DNA from: Octopus sinensis
Lineage: Eukaryota
Assembly: GCF_006345805.1 (NCBI RefSeq)
Contig: NW_021835853.1
Span: 1 to 38,038 of the forward strand
Reading direction: 5' to 3'
DNA length: 38,038 nucleotides
Shown here: piece by piece, positions 1-11,697 of the stretch
How positions within the stretch are numbered: the first letter of the stretch is position 1
Layout: each line of letters starts with the position of its first letter
Position numbers and translations under genes: made by a program
Notes under the pieces: generated by a model
What the model was told of the DNA's origin: nothing
Databases searched by the model: none
The model's input: only the letters and a program-made list of their open reading frames with translations

Positions 1-56
<56 letters not shown>

Positions 57-64
57 TATATAAC

Positions 65-99
<35 letters not shown>

Positions 100-784
100 T
101 CACACGCAGAGAGGCATATATGTATATACTCACATACACACATAAAAAAATACTTGCAATCATACATATCATTGCTATTGTGTTAAACTGTCGCATGTCT
201 AAATTTTACCAAATTCGTTTTTGTCAGTATTTATTTTTGCTTGCAATAGCCCGTTCTTTTGGTCAAACTATCGAATCTCCAGATGCTTCAGATGCTAAGA
301 TATCAAAAATTGTCTAAATGTAGTGCTACGGTTTTGCCATGGAATGGTGAAACTATTTTTTCGCTTCCTGAAAAAGCAACAGCTTGGACTTACGACAATT
401 TTACATAATGGCAACGATATACACTCACGCACGCACCCTTATCTACACACGTGTGCATACGTCTAAAAAGCTAAATACGAAAATGAAACCAAAGCGGAAC
501 ACTCCATCCTCTTTCTCCTTCCTTCATCAAATATTAATTATAATTCCCTCAGTACTGCTTTATCATATCATAATAAATACATTGATTTTTTTCCTGACAT
601 AGATATTCATAAAATTTTTCTCTTTATAAACACTACAAGCACTAAGAGAGTACATCTCTCACTGCACATTGTTAAACGAAGTTTCAAATTTCATTTCCGC
701 TTCCTTGTTGCTTTTGTTTATTGTTTGTTATGATAGTAGTAGTAGTAGTAGTAGTAGTAGTTTTCAGCTCTAAAGTTTTATCCT

Positions 785-1129
785 TTATTTTATGTTTTTT
801 TTATTTGTTCCAGTCATTAGACTGCGCCCTAGTTGGAGCACTGCCATGAAGTGGAACAAATCGATGCCATTACTTAAATTCTAGAAAATGGTATTTATTG
901 TATCATTCTGCTATTGTTTTCATTTTGCCTAACCGCTAAGTTACGGGAACAAAAACAAAACAAACCACCGATTGCCAAGTGGTCAGATGGGGTGAAGACA
1001 CACTCACGTACATGTACACGCATACATGTATATACATACATACATACATACATACATGCATACATACATACATAAACATACATACATATATACATACATA
1101 CATATATATATATTATATATATATATTAT

Positions 1130-1183
<54 letters not shown>

Positions 1184-1194
1184 TATATACATAC

Positions 1195-1239
<45 letters not shown>

Positions 1240-1257
1240 TATATATATATATATATC

Positions 1258-1295
<38 letters not shown>

Positions 1296-1500
1296 ATAAT
1301 AGGCTGTGGTTCACAACAGCTGCTTCAGACATGTCTTATGTTGAGCAATCAATTACATTTATTATCAAAATACAAGCTTCTTTCGGTTTCCGTTTACCAA
1401 ATTCTCTCACAGTCTTGGTGATATAATAGAAAAAAATTGTCCACAGAGTCACGAGGCGGGAGAGAATCCAGAACCATATGGTTGAGAAGCAGATTCATAC
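785..1500 (-). mobile_element. Old SINE-A copy split by a large TA/TACA expansion
   Basis: cagtcattagactgcgcc...ggagcactgcc, aaccgctaagttacggg and aagcttctttcggtttccgtttaccaaatt are reverse complements of SINE-A segments, in order. Confidence 0.6.
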
Positions 1501-2449
1501 TACAAATTCTCGCCTGTATTTATCCAGACATCTGCTTATGAGCCTTGATTGCAAAGCGTAATGGTTTAACCCAATGCTAGCCATTATTATATCGTCTTTT
1601 AGAGCAGCGTCCTAGTCTGTGCTATTATACATCTTGCTTGAAATAGCAGCCAAATGTCCCTCAAATCCCGTTGCAAACAATGCGCTAAGCCCTATAGATT
1701 ATTTTTTTCATCTCATAACAAATGTAGATTAGGATTATGGAACCATACACGTGGGTCACGGTACATAGAAAACTGCTCCTTGGGCCGGTGCTTTAAATGA
1801 CACATGTTCCTTAATTCAGGACCCATAAGAGAGTAAAAGAAAACATGAATGGGTTACGTCTGGGATGCACTTCATCATAGGTCTGTTTGATCTAATCTGA
1901 CCTAGTTTAAGCAACAAGAACAATATTTTGCCCTTCTGTATATCCTTGACTACATTCTGCATCGTGTCCTCCATATCGAAGGATATGATGTAAATATGGT
2001 TACTATTTCTAGCACGTTGTAGACCACGTAGTGGCTTCCTCCATAGCAGTTTCTTTTCATTTACGTCTCAATATATTTTCTTCAGTTTTGTACATATCTG
2101 TCATTCAGTGTCTACATATGCAGGATTATGTTTGCATATATGCATGTGTGTGCATGTTTGCACATGTGCATATCTTTATGCATGTCTTTATAATTTACGG
2201 CCGTCTCCTCTGACAACCTGACACGCAATCTTTTTTAATTCAATTCAAACCGGAAAGAGACTCGCTATCTGTCTGTGTGACTCCACCACCTCCCCCAGAC
2301 TTTCTCAGACACACTGTCTCTCTATCTCTCTCCTTTCTCTTTCTCACCCTTCTCTCTCCCTTCCTCTCACTCTGATTTCATATATGTATGTATACCCCAG
2401 ATATACATACATGCATATAACACATACATACATACAAGCACATACACAT

Positions 2450-2481
<32 letters not shown>

Positions 2482-2508
2482 CACACAACACACAATATAT
2501 ATATATAT

Positions 2509-2559
<51 letters not shown>

Positions 2560-2676
2560 AATGCCTGTATGTATATGGGTCTTTTCTTTTATTTATTTCA
2601 GTCATTTGATGGCGGTCATGCTGGGGCACAGACTTGAAGGGTTTTAGTCGAAAATAATGATCGCAGGACAATATAT

Positions 2677-2707
<31 letters not shown>

Positions 2708-2712
2708 CACAC

Positions 2713-2743
<31 letters not shown>

Positions 2744-3270
2744 TATATATAAAGACAGTGAGAGAGAGAGAGGAAGTGCGTAGTTTTGTGTGTACATGTG
2801 TGTGTATGCGTGCATGTGTGTGTGTGTGTTCGTATTTGCTTGTGTGCTTTTGATGGTTGGGGTAAAAGAAAGTGTGGAAATGAGCCAAGCAGGAAGACCC
2901 AACATGTTAGAGACATTGAAATCCTTACTATCTAAATGATGTTATCAAATTCTCGAAGATTAAAATGTCATTTCTATTTCATTTGACAACAAACTTTTGC
3001 TTTTTTTAAACTTCAACTTCTGTAGAATTTGCGATAAGTTTATTAAAACAAAAGCTCTAGTTTGCGTACAAACACAGACAGATAGATACAAAGACACCCA
3101 CAACACAAACACACTGAGACTCATATGCGTGTGCACACACATACACACTCATATGAATATGTGTACACACATACACACACACACACACACGCATATATAT
3201 GTAAAATAAAATGAGTCAACAAAGCCATGGCAGAGTGAAATTTCTATGACATTTTATAAAGAAATGGATA

Positions 3271-3318
3271 GACTTACAGCTGTTTCAGGGATATAAAAGA
3301 TATCCCTTCATCAGAGAC
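3271..3318 (-). ncRNA. Minimal type I hammerhead ribozyme motif (HHR1)
   Basis: Minus strand reads GUCU-CUGAUGA-AGGGAUAU[CUUUU]AUAUCCCU-GAAAC-AGCU-GUA/AGUC. The core is intact, stem II is a perfect 8 bp, stem III is the palindrome ACAGCUGU, and the predicted cut is between 3275 and 3274. Confidence 0.8.
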
Positions 3319-3611
3319 GATATGAGAGAATTAAACAGAAGAAAATAGCAAGAGTTCAAGTACCTGCTCACAATCAATTAGTAATAAGAAAATATGAACT
3401 CCTATGGAAACTTACATACCAATGGACAAGAGGCCATTTTACCCATTCTACACAACACATTCCTTGGATAATGGAACAATAAGTTTTACATGAAAAATAT
3501 ATCTTTATTTATATTCTTATATTTTCCTTTATCCGACCAGTACCTCTCCCTTTGTAAAGTATTTTCTTACAGTGAACTCTACAACTTCCTTCTATTTAAC
3601 TCTCTCATATC

Positions 3612-3659
3612 GTCTCTGATGATGGGATATATTTTATATCATTGAAACAGCTGTAAGTC
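3612..3659 (+). ncRNA. Hammerhead ribozyme motif (HHR2) with partly degraded stem II
   Basis: GUCU-CUGAUGA-UGG GAUAUA[UUU]UAUAUC AUU-GAAAC-AGCU-GUA/AGUC. Confidence 0.65.
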
Positions 3660-3849
3660 TACCCTTCCCTTTATATTTATAAAAATCCTAGAAATTTCAC
3701 ACTGCCTTGGCGTTGTTGTCTCATTTTATTTAACCTATACGCGCTCACACAACCAGCATTAGACTCTTCTCTCATACTATTATAGACCGGGAGTCTAATA
3801 GCGGTCCTTCTGTAGCACCTACAGTCTCACCTGCCTTTTGGATCTTCTG

Positions 3850-3972
3850 AATGTGTATGAGTGTGTGTGTGTGTGAGTGTGTGTGTGTGTGTGAGTGTGT
3901 GTGTGAGTGTGTGTGTTCGAGGTATTAGACAAACGAAAGATGGGCACTGAACACATTGGGATCAAAATTCTC

Positions 3973-4012
<40 letters not shown>

Positions 4013-4185
4013 TATATACTTTATTTTAATGCAGCAGAAATATAACAAAGCTGTTACTCTGAGTAACAGCTTTTGTTATATTTCTGCTGCTTTTAAATAA
4101 AGCATATTACTCTACCTCTGTTATTTGAGTACTCTTTTTTCCACCTTGTTTCACATTTATGTACTTACACCGGTATATATATATC
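3850..4185. mobile_element. Second copy (opposite orientation) of the composite hairpin/(TA)n/60-bp/(CA)n element
   Basis: 3917-3975 is the reverse complement of about 11790-11850, and 4018-4185 is the reverse complement of about 11501-11660. The TG tract has GAG interruptions like the CTC interruption in the CA tract at 11850-11880. Confidence 0.8.
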
Positions 4186-4363
4186 ATATAAAATTAGTGT
4201 ACATTTAAACACAAAGAGTCGAGCCTTAATAGGCCGCCTGACATACTAGAAGGAACAGTCAAAATAGTGAAGAGCAATTTTGAAAGGGATGAAAACAAAA
4301 AACATTTATATATTGCTAACGATTTTTCTTCATTTTTACTTCTTTCTCTTGGGATTATTCCTC

Positions 4364-4396
4364 TTTCCGACGAAGAGCAATGCTCGAATCGTTAAC
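4364..4396 (+). ncRNA. Hammerhead-like motif (HHR3), variant core, probably inactive
   Basis: UUU-CCGACGA-A-GAGC[AAU]GCUC-GAAUC-GUU-AAC; GAAAC is mutated to GAAUC. Confidence 0.5.
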
Positions 4397-4547
4397 AACC
4401 CTCTCCTTTCACCGAGCGTCAAATTAATACATTTCTTACTTCTGCACGTCCTCACGTCCGTTGTTTTTCTTATGTTGCTCTGTTTTTTTAATTGTTTGTT
4501 CTTTGAATTGAATACATACAAGCATGTATATATATATATATATATAT

Positions 4548-4580
<33 letters not shown>

Positions 4581-5005
4581 ACGGGAAGCTTTATGAAAAT
4601 AGACAAAGACGAAGGCAGGTTTACGGAAATAAACAAAAGACGAAGGCAGGTGGAATACAAACAAACATATATATATATATATATATATATCTATATATAT
4701 ATATATATATATATATATCTATATATATATATATATACCAAAAAATAAGCAACAAGAATGGATCAGTAGTTTAGCACAATTGTTTCATACTATTAACATT
4801 TTATTAAAGCTGCAAAAATTACAGCAAATATAATGTCAAGTAATCTTCAGCTAAATTTCATATAGGTTTTCCAAACATCTTAGAGAGTGTAAATATACTT
4901 ATATATAGTTAATCCAAACAAGAAAGCACAAAAAAACGCAACAACGCGAGGACGTGGAACAAGTATAGTATTATTGGACGCTCAAGAAAGAAGTAAAGAA
5001 GGAGG

Positions 5006-5040
5006 GTTTAACGTTTCGAGCGGAGCTCTTCGTCGGAAAC
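5006..5040 (-). ncRNA. Minimal hammerhead motif (HHR4), CCGACGA variant
   Basis: Minus strand reads GUUU-CCGACGA-A-GAGC[UCC]GCUC-GAAAC-GUU/AAAC. Stems I and II are each a perfect 4 bp, and stem III is the palindrome ACGU. Confidence 0.65.
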
Positions 5041-5430
5041 ATAGGAGAAGGAAAGATCCAGAGAAGGGAAGACAGAGGGGAAAAAATCGCCAACGGTACA
5101 CGTGTGTGTGTGTGTGTGTGTGTGTGATGTGCCTATGCGTAATTTAAAATTCGCCAGATATATCTTTCATATAATACAACATTTCGAAGAACGAGGTACC
5201 CTCTTACGACAGAATTCTATTACGAAAGTGTATGAAGTAAACTAGGAAGAAAAATGAAAAAAAAAACAAACATGGGCGTGCAAAATGAAGGAAGAACCGA
5301 AAAGAGAAAAGCAACATTTAAAGTTATCACGCATTGTCTTTGTGTTGTCTGTCGGTTCCTTTTTCCATTTCTGTTATATTTAGCGACAGTATTGGGGTTC
5401 TTTGGCAAAGTTGAGCCTAAACTTTCAGAA

Positions 5431-6270
<840 letters not shown>

Positions 6271-6507
6271 TATTATTATTACTGTCTTTCTTTCTCTCCC
6301 TAGACAGATACACACAAGTACGCACACAGGTGTATGAATGCGTATATATGTGTACACACACCCTATATACATATGTATATATGCTGTATACACATACACA
6401 CCCGCACACACATGCATACACACAAGCGCGCGCGCACACACACATACACACACATACACACACATACGCACACATACACACACGCACACACACACACGTG
6501 TGCGTGT

Positions 6508-6508
6508 C

Positions 6509-6556
<48 letters not shown>

Positions 6557-6573
6557 CAGACAGATAGATAGAC

Positions 6574-6620
<47 letters not shown>

Positions 6621-6621
6621 C

Positions 6622-6654
<33 letters not shown>
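6508..6654. repeat. (GATA)n microsatellite at LINE 3' junction
   Basis: Direct inspection. Confidence 0.97.
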
Positions 6655-6725
6655 TGTTTCTTTATTAGCCACACAGGGCTGCACACAGATAGAACAAATT
6701 ACAAGGTAGAGCTTTTCTTTTGAAG

Positions 6726-6759
<34 letters not shown>

Positions 6760-9378
6760 AAGGGGGAGTTTCGATCAAAAGGGATCGTAAAAGAGGAGAA
6801 AGAGGACAAAAAAAAAAAAAAAAAAAAAAAGGGGGGAGAGGAAAAAAAATTGATCAATAGGGATCGTTATCACAGAAATGTCAATATGAAGTGTAAAGGG
6901 GAGGACAGGTGAGGTTTACCCGTGGAAAGAAAAGCCTACGGAAAAGACCACGGTAACCTCGGTCAATGAAGTAACATTTTATATTTCTTTTTTTTTTTTT
7001 TTTTTTTGCAAATAAGCAACTCTCTGTTTTCGATTTCGGGTCATAGGACTATGCTCAAGGTGGCTTCGTCATTCATACGTGCCATCTTGCTACATTCACC
7101 CATCTTTTTTTTAAAACATTCGCTAGACAAAACTTGCCTCTCTACTCTCACTTTCCTTTTCAAGTGGTACTTGAAGAAGTTGATGAGAGATTGACGAGAG
7201 GAAAGTGTTTGTCTCCAATCCTTTCAGACGCGTCCACCAGATACATTCTTTCGCCATAGCCACAAGGATGATGAAAATAGCTCTTCCTTCCCGTTTGAAG
7301 GAAGGAGCGTGACAATATTGACGATAGACTCAGCTGAAAACCGACTCGTCCCACACGTGACAGCAGTTGTTCGACATAAGCCCACAGGTCGGAAATTGTT
7401 GGACACTGAACGAGTGCGTGCAGAACGGTTTTCGTCGCTCTGACCGCATCTCGGGCAGGTCGGCCCCGTGTTTTCTCGAGCCGTGTCTGTAGAGCTTATC
7501 CCGACGGGTAGCGCTTCTCGGTAGCACTGCCAGGCCAGGGATCTCTGGAAGTTGTCCATGGGCCCTGGCCCGAAAGTCGTCCCGAACAGGCGGGTCAGGT
7601 ACTCCTCGTCGACGTCCAGGTTCGCCCCGAGCTCGTCGTCGTCCGTACCTCCCTCCACTAAACCCCTATAGAATGCTTTGGTTGTGTTGAAGTCACTTAA
7701 GGTCGACCCAGGACGGCAGAGTTGCTTGAGAGCAACGCGACACTCGCGGTGCCATTCGCCCTTCCTCGGCCTCTTTTTGATCCACGACTGCAGTTCGGTC
7801 ATGGAGACGAGCTGCGGGAAAGCGTGCCTCACAAACGGCGACACACCCTGTTCACCGTCGTCTACATAGAGCCAGAGATGTCGCAGTCTCAGCGCGTGTC
7901 TGCGCATCATCAACCACGGCATGCCCAGCCCTCCTTTTAACGGGTGTTGACAGCAAATGGATCGCCTGACCATCGGGACGCATCCTTTCCACAAGAAGCG
8001 AAAGAGGATGCGTTGTAGTTTGGTGATGGTAGGGTCGGACAAGGTACGACGGTCAGGCGGTAGTAGATGACGGACGCGATGTACGTGTTCGCCACCTCCG
8101 CTCGACCTTTTAGGGACAGTTTCCTCTCGGCCCATTGCCGGGCGCGAGAGTGACCACCCTACTCGTTATCTCGTTCCAGTTCTTCTCCACTTGGAGGTCC
8201 GGACCGAACCAGACCCCGAGGCAACTCAACCGGGCCGTCGGTCCAGCGTCCCACGACGGAGGCGCTGGTGGACGGCATGGGCTTGCTTCTCCAGGTGCCT
8301 AGTCGCAAGCCCACTGACTTTTCCCGGTTGATTTTCGCTCCTGTCAACCGCTTCGTAGTTTTTCAGTGTCTCGCCGACCAGCTCGATGTGCTCGTGGCTA
8401 GACACTATGACGGTGACGTCGTCCGCGTATGCAGACACGCTCGTCCCGCATCCCAATTCTCGCGGATGCCCCTTAGAGTCGCCAGCTTCCGCAGTAGTGG
8501 CTCAAGAGTCAATACGTATAGAAGCGCCGAGAGGGGGCATCCCTGACGGACCGAACGTGCAATGTCGAAAGGTCTCGATAGATGTCCATTTACGCGAATT
8601 ACCGAACGGATGCCTCTGTACAAGGCAGCTATCCAGCCGCGGAAGACGGGACCGAAACCAGCCGCTTTCAGGACTGCCTCCAAGTATCGTGGTCTACCCT
8701 ATCAAAGGCTTTCGATTGATCCAAGTTGATCAGGGCCCCACCCATGCCAGGTTCGTTAACTACCCTGTCTATGATGTAGCGCATCAGATGGAGGTTGTCA
8801 TGGATGGTCCGGCCTGGCACGCGCGCATGTTTGCGCCTTGTCGACCAGTTTCTCGATGACAAGCGCCAACCTCTTGGCTAGCACCTTGGCCAAAATTTCA
8901 AGTCTGCATTAAGCAGAGTGATGGGCCTAAAGTTATCTATTACATTTCCCTTGTTTAGATCTTTCTTCAGCAGTGTTACGGCTCCTCGGCTCACAAAACC
9001 AGGAATGCTCCCGTTTTGCTGCCAGTTGCAGTACACCGCCGCCAAGAGATCTCCAAACAAGTCTGGCATACAATTGTAAAGCTCGTGGGTAGACCATCCA
9101 AACCCGGTGATTTGTCCCTCGAGCATTCTGCCATCGCTTCCCGCACTTCCGCCGCCGTGATGGCACCTTCGCAGCACCCTGCCTTTCTTGTCGAGAGTCG
9201 TGGTAGGCTATGTAGGTAGGCACTGAAGTCCACCCTACGTTCTTGCCCTCCACTCGTTCCGAACAGTGGGCAAAATGCTGCTGAAAGGCCTCACACATTT
9301 TACTTGGCTCGAGCAATTCGCGCCCCTGTTCATCTACCAGTGACCGAATGGTGGCTTTGTTGCCCTGTTGCGCCTCTA
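6655..9378 (-). mobile_element. 5'-truncated L1-clade (Tx1-like) non-LTR retrotransposon: ORF2 remnant plus 3' UTR ending in AATAAAGAAAC
   Basis: RT motifs occur in order across frames: SPGLDGLP, NFRPITLLNAD, GRTIHDNLHLMRYII, LINLDQSKAFDRVDH, RQGCPLSALLYVLTLEPLL, SAYADDVTVIV, INREKS, FLWKG..PMVRR..C..PLKGGLGMP, then CPRCGQSDE..HALVQCP (CCHC). The 3' UTR is about 6655-7040 with an AATAAA signal. Both ends abut (GATA)n. Confidence 0.93.
7041..9376 (-). pseudogene. LINE ORF2 reverse transcriptase and C-terminal zinc knuckle, frameshifted; endonuclease domain absent (5' truncation)
   Basis: ORF-track fragments 8878-9177, 8668-8862, 8405-8683, 8226-8456 and 7224-8135 join into one RT by 1-bp indels. 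The stop is TGA at 7043-7041. Confidence 0.9.
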
Positions 9379-9381
9379 GAC

Positions 9382-9412
<31 letters not shown>

Positions 9413-9425
9413 CAGATAGATAGAC

Positions 9426-9476
<51 letters not shown>

Positions 9477-9481
9477 CAGAC

Positions 9482-9526
<45 letters not shown>

Positions 9527-9527
9527 T

Positions 9528-9570
<43 letters not shown>

Positions 9571-9583
9571 TATAGATAGATAT

Positions 9584-9616
<33 letters not shown>

Positions 9617-9617
9617 C

Positions 9618-9650
<33 letters not shown>
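9377..9650. repeat. (GATA)n microsatellite at LINE 5' junction
   Basis: Direct inspection. Confidence 0.97.
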
Positions 9651-9792
9651 CGTATATGTATCTATACACGCACAAACATGCAAACACTCACAAAGACACA
9701 CACACATACACTCACGTACATATCATTTGTTGCTAAATAAGGCTTAGTCTCATTCTTAATACTTTCATTCTTTATCTCTTTCTCTCACCCCC

Positions 9793-9834
<42 letters not shown>

Positions 9835-10351
9835 CTATCTCTCCCTCTCTATCTATCTGCCTGTCAATAGCTTGAGCTCCTTTTCTCTCTCCCTACCTCT
9901 CTTTCAGTCTCTCTTTCTCTCTCTCCCATCTCCGTTTTTGCAGTGCTATCTTTCTCTTAGGAAATGGCAAGCAGATGTGAGCCATCTGATTAATTTGTGG
10001 AAACAGCATGAAACATATGTCTTGGAGATGTTTCCTCTCAGCGCTGATGGACGGCTATCGGCAATACTACATATTTAAGGGGAACACGAACTAACAAGAG
10101 TGGCCCTCTACGTGGTCATTTAAAAATGCTAGAAATAGCAGGCAGGCCTCACTCATCACTCTAAATCCACATTAATAAAGCAAAAGACACGCCTACGATA
10201 GAGCTGCCATATAGTCGATCGAATCGCTAGACTTACAGACAAATACTCCATGAAATCGTACACAAAATGTTTCTAACAGAGAAATGTGACAATGTGCGAT
10301 CAGTCAGAAGTTTGCTTCTGGTTAAACAAAATAAAGATATACTAACTAGGG

Positions 10352-10620
10352 AACGAGCCTCTGTGATGTCTTGACATGCGTGCTGTCACTGACCCCTAGC
10401 CAATCCCAAACAACCTTTAAATGTATGGTAAAGAAAAAGACCCATGTTGCAATCAGCGCGATGCAACTCTTTGAACTCTGAATCCCATTTTAACCGGATG
10501 CCCAAGAGCACAGGGACACGCCCGGTACAAGTGGAGACATGACAGTTCTTGCAGAAATTTACAAGCAGACTGAACTGCAAAAGGTGAAGGCTAATAAACG
10601 CCAGCCACCAGAACCAAAGG
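10352..10620 (+). pseudogene. Decayed C-terminal fragment of an RLE-type non-LTR retrotransposon (HERO/NeSL-like CCHC region)
   Basis: Manual translation: EPL*CLDMRAVTDP*PIPNNL*MYGKEKDPCCNQRDATL*TLNPILTGCPRAQGHARYKWRHDS, then after a frameshift VLAEIYKQTELQKVKANK. This matches my recollection of the HERO pattern EP.RI..L.R.V.D.LP.P.NL..WG..DP.C..C...TL.HIL..C..A..QGRY.WRHD.VL. Confidence 0.65.
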
Positions 10621-11507
10621 GTTTCAAACTGCTGAAACAGCTCGCGATATCGACGATGCTTTTGGCCCAGGAACCACTAATGAACGTACAGCACAATGGT
10701 AGTTCAAGAAATTTCGTAGCGGTGACGAGTGTCTTGAAGATAATTAACATCGGCCATCGGATGTTAATAACGATCAACAAAGAGCCTTAATCGAAGCCTT
10801 ATCCACGCACAACTGTTCGAGAGCTTGCTTCTGAATTAGACGCAAAGTATATGACAATTTCCAACTACTGGAAAGAGATTGGAAAAACAAAAATACTTGA
10901 GAAATGGGTGCCGAACGGATTGAACGACAACCAAAAAAGACGCCATTTTGAAGTGTCGTCTTCCCATCTTTTACGCAACAAGAACGACCCGTTTCTCCAC
11001 CGGATTGTGACTTGCGATGAAAAGTGGATCCTATACAACCCGCGATGCTCAGCTCAGTGGTTGGACGCCGATGAAGCTCCACGGCACTTCCCGAAGCCAA
11101 AGTTGCAGCATAAGAAGGCCATAGTGACTGTTTGGTAGTCTGCAGCCGGTCTCGTCCATCTCAGGTTTTTGGATCCAGGCGAAACCATTACGGCGGAGAA
11201 GTACTATCAGCAAATGAATGAAATGCATAAGAAACTCCGACCACAAAAGCTAGCATTGGTCAAAAGAAAAGGACCAATTCTTCTCCACGGGAACGCTCGG
11301 CCACACATCGCACATCTGACCCTGCAGATGTAGAACGAATTGGGCTACGAAACTCTGCCTCATCCTCCATACTCACCTACCGACTACCACTTTTTCAAGC
11401 ATCTCGACAACTTCTTGCGTGAGAAATGCTTCAAAAACTAAGACGATGCCAATTACGCCTTCAACGACTTCATACTCACCAGAACACAGGATTTTTACGC
11501 TACCGGA

Positions 11508-11657
11508 GTAAGCACATAAATGTGAAGCAAGGTGGAAAAAAGAGTACTCAAATACCAGAGGTAGAGTAATATGCTTTATTTAAAAGCAGCAGAAATATAA
11601 CAAAAGCTGTTACTCAGAGTAACAGCTTTTGTTATATTTCTGTAGCTTTTAAATAAA

Positions 11658-11697
<40 letters not shown>

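Larger units (their letters stand above)
3205..3732. mobile_element. Penelope-like terminal repeat present as a diverged inverted pair (arms about 3205-3360 and 3570-3732), each arm with a hammerhead motif
   Basis: The arms are reverse complements over ~155 bp (e.g. gacttacagctgtttca...tcatcagagacgatatgagaga vs tctctcatatcgtctctgatga...tgaaacagctgtaagtc). Confidence 0.7.
4340..5100. repeat. Convergent pair of related HHR-bearing repeats (about 4340-4490 plus; about 4920-5100 minus) around TA tracts
   Basis: Shared downstream strings GAGCGTC.AAT..ATAC and C.ACGTCCTC.CGT in opposite orientations. Confidence 0.6.
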
